DNA of 64,000 bases from Eledone cirrhosa (lineage: Eukaryota). A program made the translations under genes and the position numbers. The stretch lies in contig OZ024741.1 of the NCBI GenBank assembly GCA_964016885.1, positions 281,976,001-282,040,000 of the forward strand. The letters are read 5' to 3'. Positions 11,946 through 25,700 of this stretch are shown one piece after another (positions within the stretch are counted from its first letter, which is position 1; each line of letters begins with the position of its first letter). The notes below the pieces were generated by a model. That model saw nothing but the letters and a program-made list of their open reading frames with translations. It did no database searches and was not told where the DNA came from.

Positions 11946-14165
11946 ATGACAGATGACGGAGACATTGTTATGCTAGGGGACTTCAATGGTCATGTTGGAC
12001 AGTTCCAGGATGGATACACTGGGGTACATTGTGGGCACGGTTATGAAGGAGTGAGACTTCTTGAATTTTGTGATGCAAGTGCACTAACTATTTGCAACAC
12101 TAACTTCAAGAAACCTACCAACCACCTAAAAATCAGGCGAGCACATAAGCCAGATTGACTTCTTGCTAGTTAGAGAGTCATATGACATAGACGATAACTG
12201 GAATTTCTTACGTGACAACTTACTGCAGGCTACTGAAGAAACTTGTGGCTGGAGCAGAGTTCCAACTAGACAGAGAGTGACCTGGTGGTGGAACAGCACG
12301 GTAGATAGGGACATTAGAGACAAAAGACTTGCATGGAATGCTTGGAAAAATGGTGGGAGTAGAGAAGGATACACAGCTGCTAAGAGAGAAGCTAGACATC
12401 AGGTGTACTTAGCATGCAGGGAGGCTGAGAGTAGGAGGTTTGTAAATGTTCTGCGATGGGAAGATCAGAGACATGAGGTGTTCCGCATTGCAAGGCAGTG
12501 TGTCAGTGCAAATCAGGATGTTGTTGGAGATAAATGTCTCTGAAATGATGCCGGTGTACTTAGTGTCAAAAATGATCAGAAAAAGGAGGCCTGGAAATGT
12601 CATTATGCGAGACTGATGAATGTGGAGAACAAATGGGAGAGAAAGAAATTACCCCTAGTAGACCTGACAGAGGGACCAGCTATTGAGATTGACGAATACA
12701 GGGTCCAAGAGGCAATTAAGGAAATGAAAAATGGTAAGGCCGCTGGACCGTCGGGGATAGTTGCTGAGATGCTGAAGGCATCAGGAAAAGTAGGAACTAA
12801 ACTGGTTGCACGCATCATCAATCAAGCTATATATGGTGGTGTCATACCCAAAGACTGGTGAAGCAGTATTCTCATAAATTGCTACAAAGGTAAAGGGGAT
12901 GCTCTGGAGAGGAGCAATTATAGGGGCATAAAGCTGATGGATCAGGATATGAAAGTGGCAGAAAGAATATTAGCACAACTAATTAGAGAAAAGGTCAAAT
13001 TAGATGAGATGCAGTTTGGTTTTGTGCCTGGGAAAAGTACAACAGATGCCCTCTTCTTAGTGAGACAACTACAAGAGAGGTTCTTAGAGAAGAATAAGCC
13101 ACTATACTTAGCTTTTGTTGACCTAGAGAAGGTCTTTGATAGGGTACCCCAATCTGTCATCTGGTGGTCCCTAAGGAAGCTAGGTGTAGAGGAATGGCTT
13201 GTGAGGACAGTGCAAGCTCTATACAGAGGTGCTGTCAGTAAAGTGAGAGTAGGAATGGAGTTTAGTGAGGAATTCCAGATACAAGTAGGAGTACATCAGA
13301 ATTCGGTCCTCAGCCTGCTCTTGTTCATTATAGTTCTCCAAACCATAACAGAGGATTTTAAGACTGGCTGCCCATGGGAACTTCCCTATGCTGATGATCT
13401 GGTTCTTATAGCAGAATCAGTAGAGGAGCTAGAGAAGAAATTCTGGCTATGGAAACAGCAGTTGGAATCAAGAGATCTGAGAGTGATAATAGCTAAGACA
13501 AAAGTGTTGATAAGTAGAAGAGAGGACAAAACTCTGATTCCATCAGGGAAATGGCCATGTTCGATATGTAGAAAAGGAACTGGCATAAATTTTATAAAAT
13601 GTACACAATGCAGATCTTGGGTGCACAAGAGATGTAGTGGGATAGCAGGCAAACTAACAGGTAGGGAAAACTACGTATGCAGTAGATGTACAGGGAAAGT
13701 TGACAGTAGTAATTGCAGTGATAGACACATCTTTCAAATGCAGGTGGTTTCTATAGAAGTGGTTGATAGCTTCCGGTACCTAGGTGATCAGATTAGCATG
13801 GGAGTGGGGTGTTCCGAGGTCATAGTATCTAGAATAAGGATGGGTTGGAAGAAGTTTAGGGAGCTGCTTCCTCTGCTGACGAAGAAGGGTTTCTCCCTGC
13901 TTATGAAAGGCTGGTTATATGATGCCTGTGTGAGATGCGCAATGCTGCATGGTAGTGAGACATGGGCAGCAACTGCAGAGGATATGCAACGGCTGGAGAG
14001 AAATGAAGCAAGCATGCTCCGTTGGATGTGCAGTGTAAATGTGAGTGAATGACCAAGCATAGATGAGTTGAGAGAGTGGAGAGACGCTGTGCAGAATAGG
14101 ACCCATCCCACCCTTACAAGCAGGGAAAAGCAGACGTAAAATGATGATGATGATGATTATCATCA
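11946..14165 (+). mobile_element. Degenerate RTE-clade LINE ORF (APE + RT + PHD-like finger)
   Basis: GDFNGHVG, KAAGPSGI, QFGFVPGKSTTDA, FVDLEKVFDRV, YADD, MLHGSETW; in-frame stops and deletions; (GAT)n tail. Confidence 0.92.
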
Positions 14166-14500
14166 TCAACGTTTAACGTCCGTGTTCCACGCTTGCATGG
14201 GTTTGGACGGGGGTTTTCCCACTTGAGGCAAGAGTGATTGTCTTGCTCGCATAGAACTATCTGGTGGGTTTTCTACAGCTGGATGCCCTTCCTAACACCA
14301 ACCACATTTACAGTGTGGGGCTGGGAGGTTTTTACCGTGTTACCTACACGGCCACATTACAGCATGGACTGTGTGTTTTTTGTCGTGACATCTACACGAT
14401 CTCATTTGTTTCGGCCTGGATGTTGTGGCACCAACATAACTTTACATTGAATGTGGCGGTGTGGATGGGGTGGGGGAGGTGGGACGGAGTCTATTTTGTT
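14165..14500 (-). mobile_element. RTE 3' UTR/SINE tail, tail-to-tail with the previous element
   Basis: Reverse complement of the 44520-44850 tail. Confidence 0.8.
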
Positions 14501-15735
14501 AGATGATATATATATATATATATATATTATTAGAATCAGTGGTGGATGATGATGATGGTGGTAGTAATGATGGTGATGATGATAATAGTAACGATGGTGA
14601 TTATCATGATGATAGTGGTGGTGATGGTGATGATGATGTAGATGATGTCAAGGAGGAGGAGGAGTATCTATATCCATTTTAGATCCAACTTGATTGATGA
14701 AGCAGGGACTTTTTTAGATGAGAATCCGTAGAAAAAGCATGTGTGTTGCAGGGTGTTTCAGTGGGTTCCTGATAAAGTATTTAAAGGGACCAACTCTGAG
14801 AGTTAATCTACAGTAAGGATAACAAGAGATGGGGTAAAATTGGTGGATACCTGAGTATTGGTTGTTTGCCAAGCAGGAGTATTAGATGGCATTGCCACCC
14901 CTCCTCACTCCCAGGCCTTTCTCTAGTGGAGGTACAAGAAGGCCTTGCCACCCCCACCCTTTTCAGGCCCTTGCATGGAATTGCCTTACCCTCTTCCCCT
15001 ACTTTTCAATGGTGCACCATGAGAAAAGAATGGCTTGAAATATATTCCTTGAGAAAGAGTGCCCACCTAGAATGTTCTGAATCCCCACCCCCACCATGAG
15101 TGGAGGGAGTATAATCAAAGGAGCAGATATTAGTAATGATGGATGAGAGTTGTGGGAGACAGCATATCTGTGAGCTAAGGGTTGAAGTGTGCTGATGAAT
15201 GAGTTTTTGCCAATAAGGTCTACAGTGTTCTTAGTCTTATGTGTGCAACAGCACACTGTTTTATGAATAAGGGCAGTAACCCAAAGTAGGTCTTACTTGA
15301 GCTTTGTAGGAGATCAACAACTAATTGTGGCTGAAATATTTCCTGATTCTGAAGAGGAATCCTAGTCATTGTAATGTAGCTTTCGTAATTTTATACATAT
15401 GGGATCACTAGGGTATTTGTAGTAATTTTTATGGCTTTAGTCGTGCATTATTTATAACTAGGGAGGGTGAAATATGAGAGTTTCTTTAATATGTGTAGTG
15501 ATTGAATGTTTCTTAACCATTTTTTTTTTTATCAAACTGCCCCTTGTAGTGATAGAGTGTTTGTCTGTTGACTCTTTTGATAGCAAATTACCTCTGGTTA
15601 TATAATAAAAAGCTATTTTTTTTTAGGTGTTTATATTTACCTAAGAACGTCTGGTAAGTTATGCTCCAAACAGCAGCTGAAAGTGTGGATGTGTGAGCGT
15701 TTGAATATTCTGTTGTTAACTTAAAGAATGCCACA

Positions 15736-16262
15736 ATGCTGAAATATGCAGATGATATCAAGCTGTACCTTGAGATAAAAAGGACTGAAACCATACACTA
15801 TATATCTTTTCTGCAATCAGACCTGGACACAATGCAACAATGGATTATGAACTGGCAACTCAAGTTGACTGTGGACAAGTGTACCACCATGCATTTTGGG
15901 AGGAAAAACCCAGCTTTTACATACTTCCACCACAACACCAATCTCAAGAAGTCTTCTTGTGAATGTGACCTGGGCATTATTCTCAACAAAGCACATCTCT
16001 AAAATTGTCAAGAAGGCTGAGGCTGTCTTAGCATCACTCAATAAGATCATTGTCAGCTGCTCTCCAGCTATCTATTTAAAGCTGTATATAGCTATGGTGT
16101 GTCTGCATCCACACTTAGAATTTGCATCACCAGTCTGGAACCCTTATCTTGCTCAGAATATTGATCTCCTGGAAACTGTTCAGAGACGTGCAACCAAGTG
16201 AATACCCTCCATCAGGCAACTACTATACTCTGAACGCCATGCTCCACTGGGCATGGATTTGA
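15736..16262 (+). mobile_element. CR1-clade LINE RT C-terminal fragment
   Basis: YADDIKLY, KC..MHFG..N, DLGI, PHLEFASPVWNPY, ETVQRRATK. Confidence 0.88.
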
Positions 16263-17614
16263 AGCATGGAACAAACTACCTGCATCAGTTATTAGGTGTC
16301 GGGAAACTGCATCCTTCAAAACCGCCAACACTACATCTGATATCCCCCTCCATGCACACGCACACATGTATATCATGACTCATACACTGTTCACTTTCCT
16401 GACTTTTGTACATTATTCTATGTACTATACATGCATCTTTGAGTTGTAGTGTACCTGAGCACTGTACACAATTTTCACTAATTGGTAGTATCGGTAGAGC
16501 GTCGGACATGCCTCGCGGCATAGAGTTATGGCCCTTTGAGTTCAGAGTTAGAATCCCGCAGAAGTTTGCTTTATCTTTCATCGATAAAATAAAGTACCAG
16601 TAACGCACTGCGATCGATTTAATCGCCTTTTCCCTCCCCTTCTGTCTAAAGTAGAAACAATTATTTATTGTATATCAAAATCTATATAAGAGAAGTAACT
16701 CTTTCAAGGGACACAACTCTCGCAAGAAGTTACAAAATTTGATAAAATTAGTATTAGTTTACATACCGAGGTCGATGTAAAAAATCAACTACAACTCTAT
16801 AATTGAAACCAGTCATCTTATCTAAGTTTAAAAAAAGACCATTGTATAATATACTCCAAGATAGACTAAGGCTAGCAAAAAAGGCAAATTGATTGAATGC
16901 CTTTATTAATCTCCTGGAATATTGCTATAGCCATAGAGATTTAAGAAAACATAAGAATCTTAGGAGATAATTCTCTTCAAATAGTTGGGTTATCCAATAA
17001 TAACAAGGCGGTGGGTTGGTAGTAATCAGTAGAGCGTCGGATAACACACTTTGCAGTGTTTAGTTATGACTTCATATCCCGCCCAGGTTAGTTTTGCCTT
17101 TCAAACTTACGGGGTGGGGTGGTAAAACAAAGTATCAGTAACACACTGGGGTTGATTTAATCGGCTTCCTCCTTCCCTTCAAATTGCAGGGCTTGTGCCA
17201 AATGTAGAAACAATTATCTGATAATATTAATGATTTCTTATATTGACACAAAGATTGAAATTTGTAAGGGATGGAATATAGTTGATTGAATATACCTTAT
17301 CAATTCCTGCAGTACTGATAGGGTGTATTAAAACTATTGCACCCCTAAACTTATGTATGGAGGTCTTTGGCTAAACAATGACACCAGAATGTCTTCCAGA
17401 AACTGTAAACATATCATCAAAATTTAACACCCGTTTTCCTTACTAGCAAGGGTTGGATGGGTCTGTACTTAGTTGGAGCTGCTCACCTCTCAGATGGGCT
17501 GGGGGGGGGGGGGGGGGTCACGTATAAATATAGTGGGTGCATTTTATTGTGGCACTAGCACTAAGGAGTGAAAACAGGAAATAGTTATATTTCATACTTT
17601 ACTGTAACAAATGT

Positions 17615-17795
17615 CTCAACCCTTTAGCATTTAACTCGGATATATCCGTCCAGAATTCTCTCACTTCTTTCTGTTCAAATCAGCTGTAACTGACCACTTA
17701 TAGTTAAGGTATTGTTCTCAAAATAGATAATATCAAAGCCTTTACCACGAAAATACAATAGTATATATAGAGTAATGTAAATGCTAAAGGGTTAA
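17615..17795. mobile_element. piggyBac-type MITE (related copies near 37612 and 52399-52550)
   Basis: TIR aaccctttagcattta / taaatgctaaagggttaa with TTAA-like flanks. Confidence 0.6.
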
Positions 17796-19399
17796 TTCTT
17801 TATTCATTTGACTGCGACCATGTTGGGGCACAGCTTTAAAAAGATTCAATTGATATTGGCTCCAATACTTACTTTGTCAATTCTGATCATAAGTAAGCGA
17901 GATACAGACCACCTCAGCCAGTCTGGGAGGTCAGTAGCCCTGCTTCAGTACTGACTTGGTCTATATACACCTATCAAACCCTTTCTAGCAGGGAAAGTAG
18001 ACATTAAATGATGATGATGATGATAGATCTTTTTCGTTGAACTGCGAAGTTATGAGACATAAAGACATGCATAAACACAGACACAAATGAACACACACAC
18101 ACACACATGCAATGGGCTTCTGTAGTTTCTCTCTATGAAATGTCACTGACAAGTCATTGGTTAACCCGAGGCTATAGTAGTGGGAGGGAACCCCAAAACC
18201 TTGTGGTTGTGAAGTAAACTCTATATGGCCATACCTGTAAAATATTTAGGCTGTCATTCAATAATTTTTGCTACTTGAACATCAGAAAAAGAGTATTAAT
18301 ACATTATCACAGAAATAAACATGTTTTGGTGGTGGAGGCTAAAATTCAGTGATGCACATCTGTTTTCAGAAGGGCATTCAGCCTAATGTTGATGAATTAC
18401 GTGATAAACAGACCTAGTATACTCTGTAAAGTGGTGGAGATAGAAAGGACATTGAGCTGTTGAAATTTGCCAAACAAAGGGTTGGAAGGTCTCTTCAGTT
18501 GTGCTGATGATCTACATGATAAACATACCCAATACAATCTGTAAAGTGGTTGGTGATATGAAGGGCATCCAGCTGTAGAAAACCTGCTAAACAAAGAGTT
18601 GGGAGGACTCTTCAACTCTGTCAGTGACATGACAAGCTCCCAAGTGCTGGTGTGGGAATGATTGTAAGCAATATGCAGGCCCCTGACCCATCTGAGAGGT
18701 CAGTAGATTAGCTTGAATACTGACACAGTCCAACCATTGCTAGCAGGGAAGACAGACATTAAATGATGATGATGGTCTGGTCCACAAAATTCATGAAGAA
18801 GAAAATTGGGTGGATTGGAGCAATATAACTTACAGCCCTGTGGTCATGTGTTAAACATTCTAACCACTAAGCCACACACGTTCACTGAGAGAAGAAGCAG
18901 GGAGTTCAAATCACTTACAAGATTGAAACTCAGAACAGTGAAACAGCAGTTTTGTCTCTAATACACCAAATCTGCTGCCACAGCATTTATAATCATTAGG
19001 CATCCAGATTTCTAATATTCCAGCCACTTCAGTACCACACTTGCCAGTAATAATGGTTTCTGATTTAGGCACAAGGCCAACAATTTTAGGGGAGGGGAAA
19101 GTCAATTAAATCGATCCCAGAGCAAGACTGGAACTTTATTTTATCAACCCCGTAAGGATGAAAGGCAAAGTTAACCTCAGTGGGATTTGAAATCAGAACA
19201 TAAAGGGCTGTAACTCTATGCTATGAAGCAGGGTGTCTGACACTACCAATACTGCCAATCTACAACACTAATAATAATAATCATTATCATCATCACCATT
19301 TAACATCGATTTTCTACGCTAGCATGGGTTATCCTATTCAAGGCAAGTTGAGGTTAGATGATCATGTCTTGCTCATACAGAACTGATTTTGGCTTGGTT

Positions 19400-20880
19400 T
19401 CTACAGCTGGACACCATTTAGTATTACTTGGTTTACAATACGAGTGGGTAAAGTGTGACCCACCAACTCAGATGCTTTCAGCATCTTGGCACTTATACCT
19501 GATGGACTGGCCTCTTTCCCAGTCTTCATATACTTAATTGCCTTTCTTACTACACTACTGCTGACTTGTATGGCTCGCCCTCTGTTGAGTCTACTTGAGG
19601 TAGGCTCTCTTTCTCCCATGCATTCTCCTCATCAGTAATCTTTCATAATGGCTCTTCCATGCTACTTTCTTTGTGTCTGTGAGGGCAAGTGCACCTTAAT
19701 CATCATGGACACACTTCTCACCAATGACATCACAATTTCCCCTAACACACTGTCTAGCGATCCTGAACACTTCCTGTTTCTGGTCTTCAAACTGCAAAAC
19801 GTGCTTGAATTTTTCATCTTCCGCTTCCCTTCTTGCGAAGTAAACTTGTTGCATAGCTTCTCTCCTGGTTTCTAATTAGTGTATGCTGCTTCCCCCATTA
19901 TTCCATGCCTGTCTCTTGGCTTTAATTGTCTCATCTACCTTACTGTTCCACCACAAAGTTACTTTCCTTCTCTCTGTAGTCCTGCTCCACCCACAGATCT
20001 TGTCTGTCGCCTTCAGCAGATTATCTTTCAGTAACTCCCAATGCTCTTCTATATTGAATGTCTTCATTCGTTCTTTACTCTTATAGGTGTCAAGCAAAAT
20101 ATCTCTAATTTTATTATCGACTGAGGGGTTTTTCAACTTCCATATCTTTCTTCTCCAGGCTGCCCTCTGCCTCCAAGTTCGCCTTGCTCTGACAATGAAG
20201 TTGTTAACTACTAGGTTATGTTGGGAGATGCATTCCTTACCAGGGAAAGCTTTCACTCTATCTCGTCCTTTGGTAAGGATAAAATCTATCTGATTAGTAT
20301 GCTCACCAGATCTATAGGTGATCGGGTGGTTGTTGAGTTTTTTGAAGTTTGTGTTACATATCAATAGGTCATTGGTGTTGCAGAGTTCTAGGAGCCTGAA
20401 ACCTGCTTCATTTCTTGTGCCAAACTTGTAGCCTCCATGGGCTCTATAGAAGCCATCACGGTGTTTCCCAACATGTCCGTTAAAGTCTCCTGCAATGATT
20501 AGGAAGTCATTGTCATTTGTTAGGGTAGTAGTGTGCATTAGGGACTCATAAAATCTATCCTTGACTTTGTCTGACAACCCAGATTGGAGTGCATATGCAG
20601 ATATAATTGAAGCCATTTTTTTTATTTAGGATTAATCTAAGTTTAATGATTCTCATGTTCACTCTATTCACAGAGATTACATTATCTACCCATTTAAAAA
20701 GCTAATAAAATACCTATTCTATCTAGCCTGTTTCCTACCCAGAAACATTTGTAGTTTATTTTTTGCCTGTCAGGAGTCTAGCTGATTCTCCTCTCCATCG
20801 AGTCTCTTGCATACAGTATACATCAATTTTCTTCCTTTCATTGTACTCATGTTGGTGGTGCCAATTCAGAATTTTGTGCA
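19400..20880 (-). mobile_element. Decayed RTE LINE (APE endonuclease to start of RT)
   Basis: IISAYA, AGDFNGHVG, QIDFIL, SQHNLVV, GKEASPSGISAKML. Confidence 0.88.
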
Positions 20881-21194
20881 TTTGCCATCAATGGTAGAGG
20901 AGGGTGGGTATTTGCAGGGATGGGTGTATATTTTCTGTATCTGAAATAAAGAATCTTCACATAGTTACCTGGGAACACGTGGATTCATATTAATATTTAG
21001 GGTTGCTCCATCATTTCAGTCCATCCATAATAAATAATAAACAAAAATCTCCAAAAAGAATAGAAAAGATAATAGCAGTAGTAAGAACAGTTATTGGCAT
21101 AGATAGTGAGTAAAGATATATTTGTATTGCTGTAGTTTGGTCTATGAGTCTAAGGTGGTGGGTGGGAGTATGTGGGAGGGAAATGGTGAGATAA

Positions 21195-21545
21195 GTGATT
21201 GAATTAACTGACTAGTGTCTAAGATGAATATACATGAACTTACATGAAATGTTATGGAAGAAAAAAATTTGAAAATCGAAAATTACAAATGGCTTTGAAA
21301 ATGGTTCGGAGAAGATAGTTTTACATATGTCCTTATCCAAATAAGAGAGGAAGTGAGTGGAATCTAGCGATTTACAAGATATGGAGGTAGATAGGGGAAG
21401 AAGGAGATAGAGCAGCATTGTGATTGAATTGACTGACTAGTGTCTTAGATGAATATTCATGGATTTACATGACATGTTGATATGGAAGAAAAGATTTGAA
21501 AATCAAAAATTACGAATGGTTTCAAAATTGGTTCAGAGAAGATAA
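21195..21545. repeat. Imperfect tandem duplication, ~225-bp period
   Basis: gtgattgaatt(a/g)actgactagtgtc...gagaagata at ~21195 and ~21420. Confidence 0.8.
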
Positions 21546-21767
21546 TTGTTTCTACTTTAGGCACAAAGCCAGCAATTTGAAGGAAAGGGGAAAGTTGATT
21601 AAATTGAGGTTAGATTGGTGCTTTATTTTATCAACCTTGGTGGGATTTGAACTCAGAAAGTAAAGACTCAAGAAATACTGGAAAGCATTTTGTTCGATGC
21701 TCTAAGGATTCTGCCAATAATAATAATAATAATATATCTATATCTATATCTATATATATATACATAC

Positions 21768-21927
21768 ATTGTAGGGCCAGCCTAGGCCGCTAAATACCCA
21801 GGTGTAAATTGTAGGGCCAGCCTAGGGCGCTAAATACCCAGGTATATATTGTAGGGCCAGCCTAGGGCGCTAAATACCCAGGTGTACATTGTTGGGCTAT
21901 CTTAGGGTGCTAAATACCCAGGTGTAC
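21768..21927. repeat. 40-bp GC-rich minisatellite x4
   Basis: attgtagggccagcctagggcgctaaatacccaggtgta repeats. Confidence 0.95.
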
Positions 21928-21950
21928 TACTAATAATAATAATAACAGGT

Positions 21951-21990
<40 letters not shown>

Positions 21991-22127
21991 TAATGACAAC
22001 AACAACACAGTGAAAACAATAATAATATCTCTGATTACTTGTTACATAATATAACTAATTAGTTCTCAATAGCACAACATATTATAATTTAACATATGCT
22101 TTGTGTATCATTTGAAACATATATTTA

Positions 22128-22759
22128 CTACACAAGAGTATCATGCTTCAATTCTGTTTGTGATTTTGAAAGTGACAAGGGAAGACAATCGAGAAAAGAG
22201 TTGAATTCGAAAGAGTCATGTGTAGAGTGACTTGGTTTCAATTGGAAATCCATAACATAACGGGACGGACTGATAAATGGACTTTCAGTTCCGTAGTTAC
22301 CAATGCAGGGACAGCTTGAGCAAGATTTTGGATGATATGTAGTCCTCCCTGGGTAATTTACTATATCACGTGCAGCAGAGCAATTCATGTCAATACTTTG
22401 GTAAAAATGTTTGGTAACAATGCAAGGAGAACTAATGAAAGGTGAGATGTAGCTATTGCAATTTGTTTTCACATCTGTACAATTTGATGCCGTACAGCGA
22501 CAAATGCCAGAAATGAGCAAATTGTCAGCAGGATTCAAAGTGAAATGGGAAAGTTGTGTGGTATATGTGGGTGAGTGATTTGCATGTCCGGTAGATGATT
22601 TAAAGAGAGCAGAACAAACAAAATTAGCACAGTGCCAGATTTGCTTCAATAATGATGAAGTGGAGTCTAGAAATGCTTTTCTATTAAATTCTGTAATTTG
22701 ATTAGTAGGTGGTAAAGCTTTTTTCAGCAGTCTATGTTGTACGCTGTGAAATTTCAGTG
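22128..22759 (-). CDS. Catenin-like exon L (LKFHSVQ...AFLDSTSSLLKQIW..., then Ser/Pro/Cys-rich tail to TAG), 632 nt
   Basis: Acceptor attccag, 210-codon open frame; AFLDSTSSL ~ EFIDASRLV. The 3' end is uncertain: TAG stop or an overlapping gtaaat donor. Confidence 0.75.
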
Positions 22760-25700
22760 CTGGAATACAGAAATGATTATAAAATTATTCTAAGCAAATA
22801 AGATAGCAAATATAAAATGTTTCAATAAATTGCAAATTTATGATAAACAGAAATATGATGATGAAAAAGAAAGAAAAGGAATCACTGGCACAGATCAGAC
22901 CAAGGAAATTATGTTAACATTGGTCTTTTCATTGCTGATAGTATTTGCTGTCAATACAATATTGACAGAAATAGAACTGTCACAATTCTGGTAGAAGTGT
23001 CATAGTGTCACAATATTGGTAGAAGTGTCATAATACTGGCAGAAGTGTCACTGTGCTACAATACTGGAAGAAGTGTCACTGTGTCACAATACTGGCAGAA
23101 GTGTCACTGTGTCACAATAATAGCAGATGTGTTACTGTGTCACTGCTATATATTTGTGTTGCTTTGTACCAATGTGAGTGAATCTGTTTCTATTATATAT
23201 ATTTTTTATCTGACTGATTTTGTTATCGATAAAAGAAATCAAACTGGATTTGACTTTGTAATCATTAATATAAAGTTTTGACTTCTTCCGCTTAGTAGTC
23301 TCTTGGAATCCATATCTTGGATACTCAACCCTTTTTTTTACCTAACTGCTTGAAAATGCCCTTGTTCTCTGATACTAATCTGTTTAAACTGTTTATCATC
23401 ATTACTGTTAAACATTTTTTTCCCCATCATTGCATGGGTTAGACAAGTAGTCAAGTTATGAGGTTAGACAGGTCTTCTATGCTGGATGCCCTTCCTAATG
23501 TTCACTGCCTGGACTGGGTGCTTTTTGTTGTCACAAGCACAAATACCTTACATTATGGACTAGGTGCTATTTTGTTGTTGCACCATCCATCAATAATTTT
23601 ATGTAAGAACCTTTGATAAGTTATGTTCCAAACACCAACTTAATAATGAGAAAATTAGTTATATTACAAAAACCCTCCAAATTTTTTAATTATTTTCAAA
23701 AAGATTTGAAACACATAGGCAGTGTCTTTCCTTAGAAATATGGTAATGGACGGGTTAAACAGTTGATTGAGAACACAAACAAACTAGCGGAAACAGAAGT
23801 AGAGAATTAGTGTTAGCAGTACATATAAAATGGATAATGGTAGATAGTTTAAAATACCTGCTGTGACAAAATTACTTACACTGATGAATCTGTTCAGCAA
23901 GGTGGACAATATGTAATGGATTAGGGAAGAGATTTTCGCAAGATTTCAGATTAGTCAAAAACTGAGCAACTCGGGAACATTTTGCTCGGATGGAACGACT
24001 CGTTCTTAGTAAATACTGTAAATCACATTCTTTAGCAGCGTTAACACACACATTCATTTCATCTTCTAGCCGGTTTACTGTAAAAGAAACCAAAAATTCA
24101 AAACAGCTAGGTATGGATACCTTGTCATTAGAAGCTAGATTCTTATAGAATCTTAGAAGCTAGATTCTTATAGAATTCCGGTTATGTTTACGGGCTGTTT
24201 AAACTCATTAACATACAGAGCACTTGCCGGCCCAGAAAAAATTAGAAATTAGTATTGGTGCTCTGAAATAGCGATGTAGCTGCTATTTCTAGCACACCTA
24301 TAGACCACGATGTGGTCCCCCCTATTTATCTGTTATTTCCAGCACACCTATGGACCACCATTAGGTCCCCCAATTTAGCTGCTATTTCTAGCACATCTAT
24401 GGATCACTATAAGGCTCCCCTTATTTAGCTACTATTTCTAGCACCCCATGAACCACTATTTAGCTGATGTAGCTGCTATTTCTAGCAAACCCATGGAACA
24501 ACATGAGGTTTCCTATTTAGCTGCTATTTCTAGCACACCTATGGACCACTATTAGGTTACCATAATTTAGCTGCAATTTCTAGCACACTTGTTGACAACC
24601 ATGAGGTTCCCCGTACTTAGCTGCTATTTCTAGCACACCTACGGACCACTTTGAGTTTCCTCTTGTTTAGCTCATTTAGCTGCTATTTTAATTTACCTTT
24701 TAATTATTATGTATTTTCCACACTTTTCGTAGACTTTATATTCTTCACTCTAGTGGTTCTCTACCCCTCATAATTGAAAACATACCCCTTTTTATGTTTT
24801 CTTCTCTATATACTGTGTTATGAAGAGCCTGATACTTATTCCTTGAGCTCATTAAATTACAGGGGATTAACGCCAGTCTTTAACTCCGTTTTTTATTTGA
24901 TATTTTGGCTCCTCATTTCTTCATTAGTTGAGCTTTTTAAGTTGAATAGTTATAGGCTGCCATTTCTAGCAATTTCTTGATCCATTCAAGCCACTATCTA
25001 CTGACTGGCGTGCATGTTTTTGTTTCTCTCACCATGTGCATTTTTTTAGTTGACTAAAATCTCTTTAGAAGTGTTGACTGTATCTTCTTTACACCTGTTG
25101 ACGAGCCCTGAGAAGGTATGCTACCAACACTCTTTATGGCGAAACATTCTCTTCTTTGAGATTGTCCAGGTGTTTTATGGCTATAAAGGTGGATTTGTAC
25201 ATTTTAATTTACTTTTTAATTATTATGTATTTTCCACACTTTTTGTAGACTTTATATTCTTCACTCTAGTGGTTCTCTATGCCTCGTAATTGAAAACACA
25301 CCCGTTTTATGTTTTCTTCTTTATATACTGTATTATGAAGAGCCCGGTACTTATTCCTTGAGCTCATTAAATTACAGGGGATTAACACAAGTCATTAACT
25401 CCGTTTTTTTATTTGATATATATATATCTTGCCCAATTGCACCTCTCAAAGGCGATGAAACAGGATCGAGACCTCTGGCGTTACACATTAATACAGAAGA
25501 CCTGACTTCCCATGGGTACAAGCTGAAGCTGAAGCATACAGACAGCATGCCCCCACTCCCTCCCATTGTAAAGTGGTCGTGTAGGTGTCATGACAAAAAG
25601 CACCCAGTACTTAATGTAAATGAGGTTGGTGTTAGGAAGGGCATCCAGCTGTAGAAATCAAACCAAAATCAGTTCTGTATGAGCAAGACATGGTCACCTG

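Noticed and set aside
15300-15735. Possible Penelope GIY-YIG/RT remnant on the minus strand (STLSAAVWSI, LVIPYV)
   Set aside because: Only faint motif resemblance with many stops; needs TBLASTN or HMM support
18917-19045. Possible further catenin-like exon ending in gtaagt
   Set aside because: Weak acceptor abutting a SINE tail; the frame compatible with the upstream donor hits a stop; no family similarity
21768-21927. CRISPR-like appearance of the 40-bp repeats (also 24275-24688)
   Set aside because: No unique spacers, no cas genes, eukaryotic context; these are ordinary minisatellites
24811-24880. ATGAAGA-GCCTG...CAGG-GGAT motif in the direct repeats as a second hammerhead or SECIS
   Set aside because: Lacks the GAAA core and proper SECIS helix geometry
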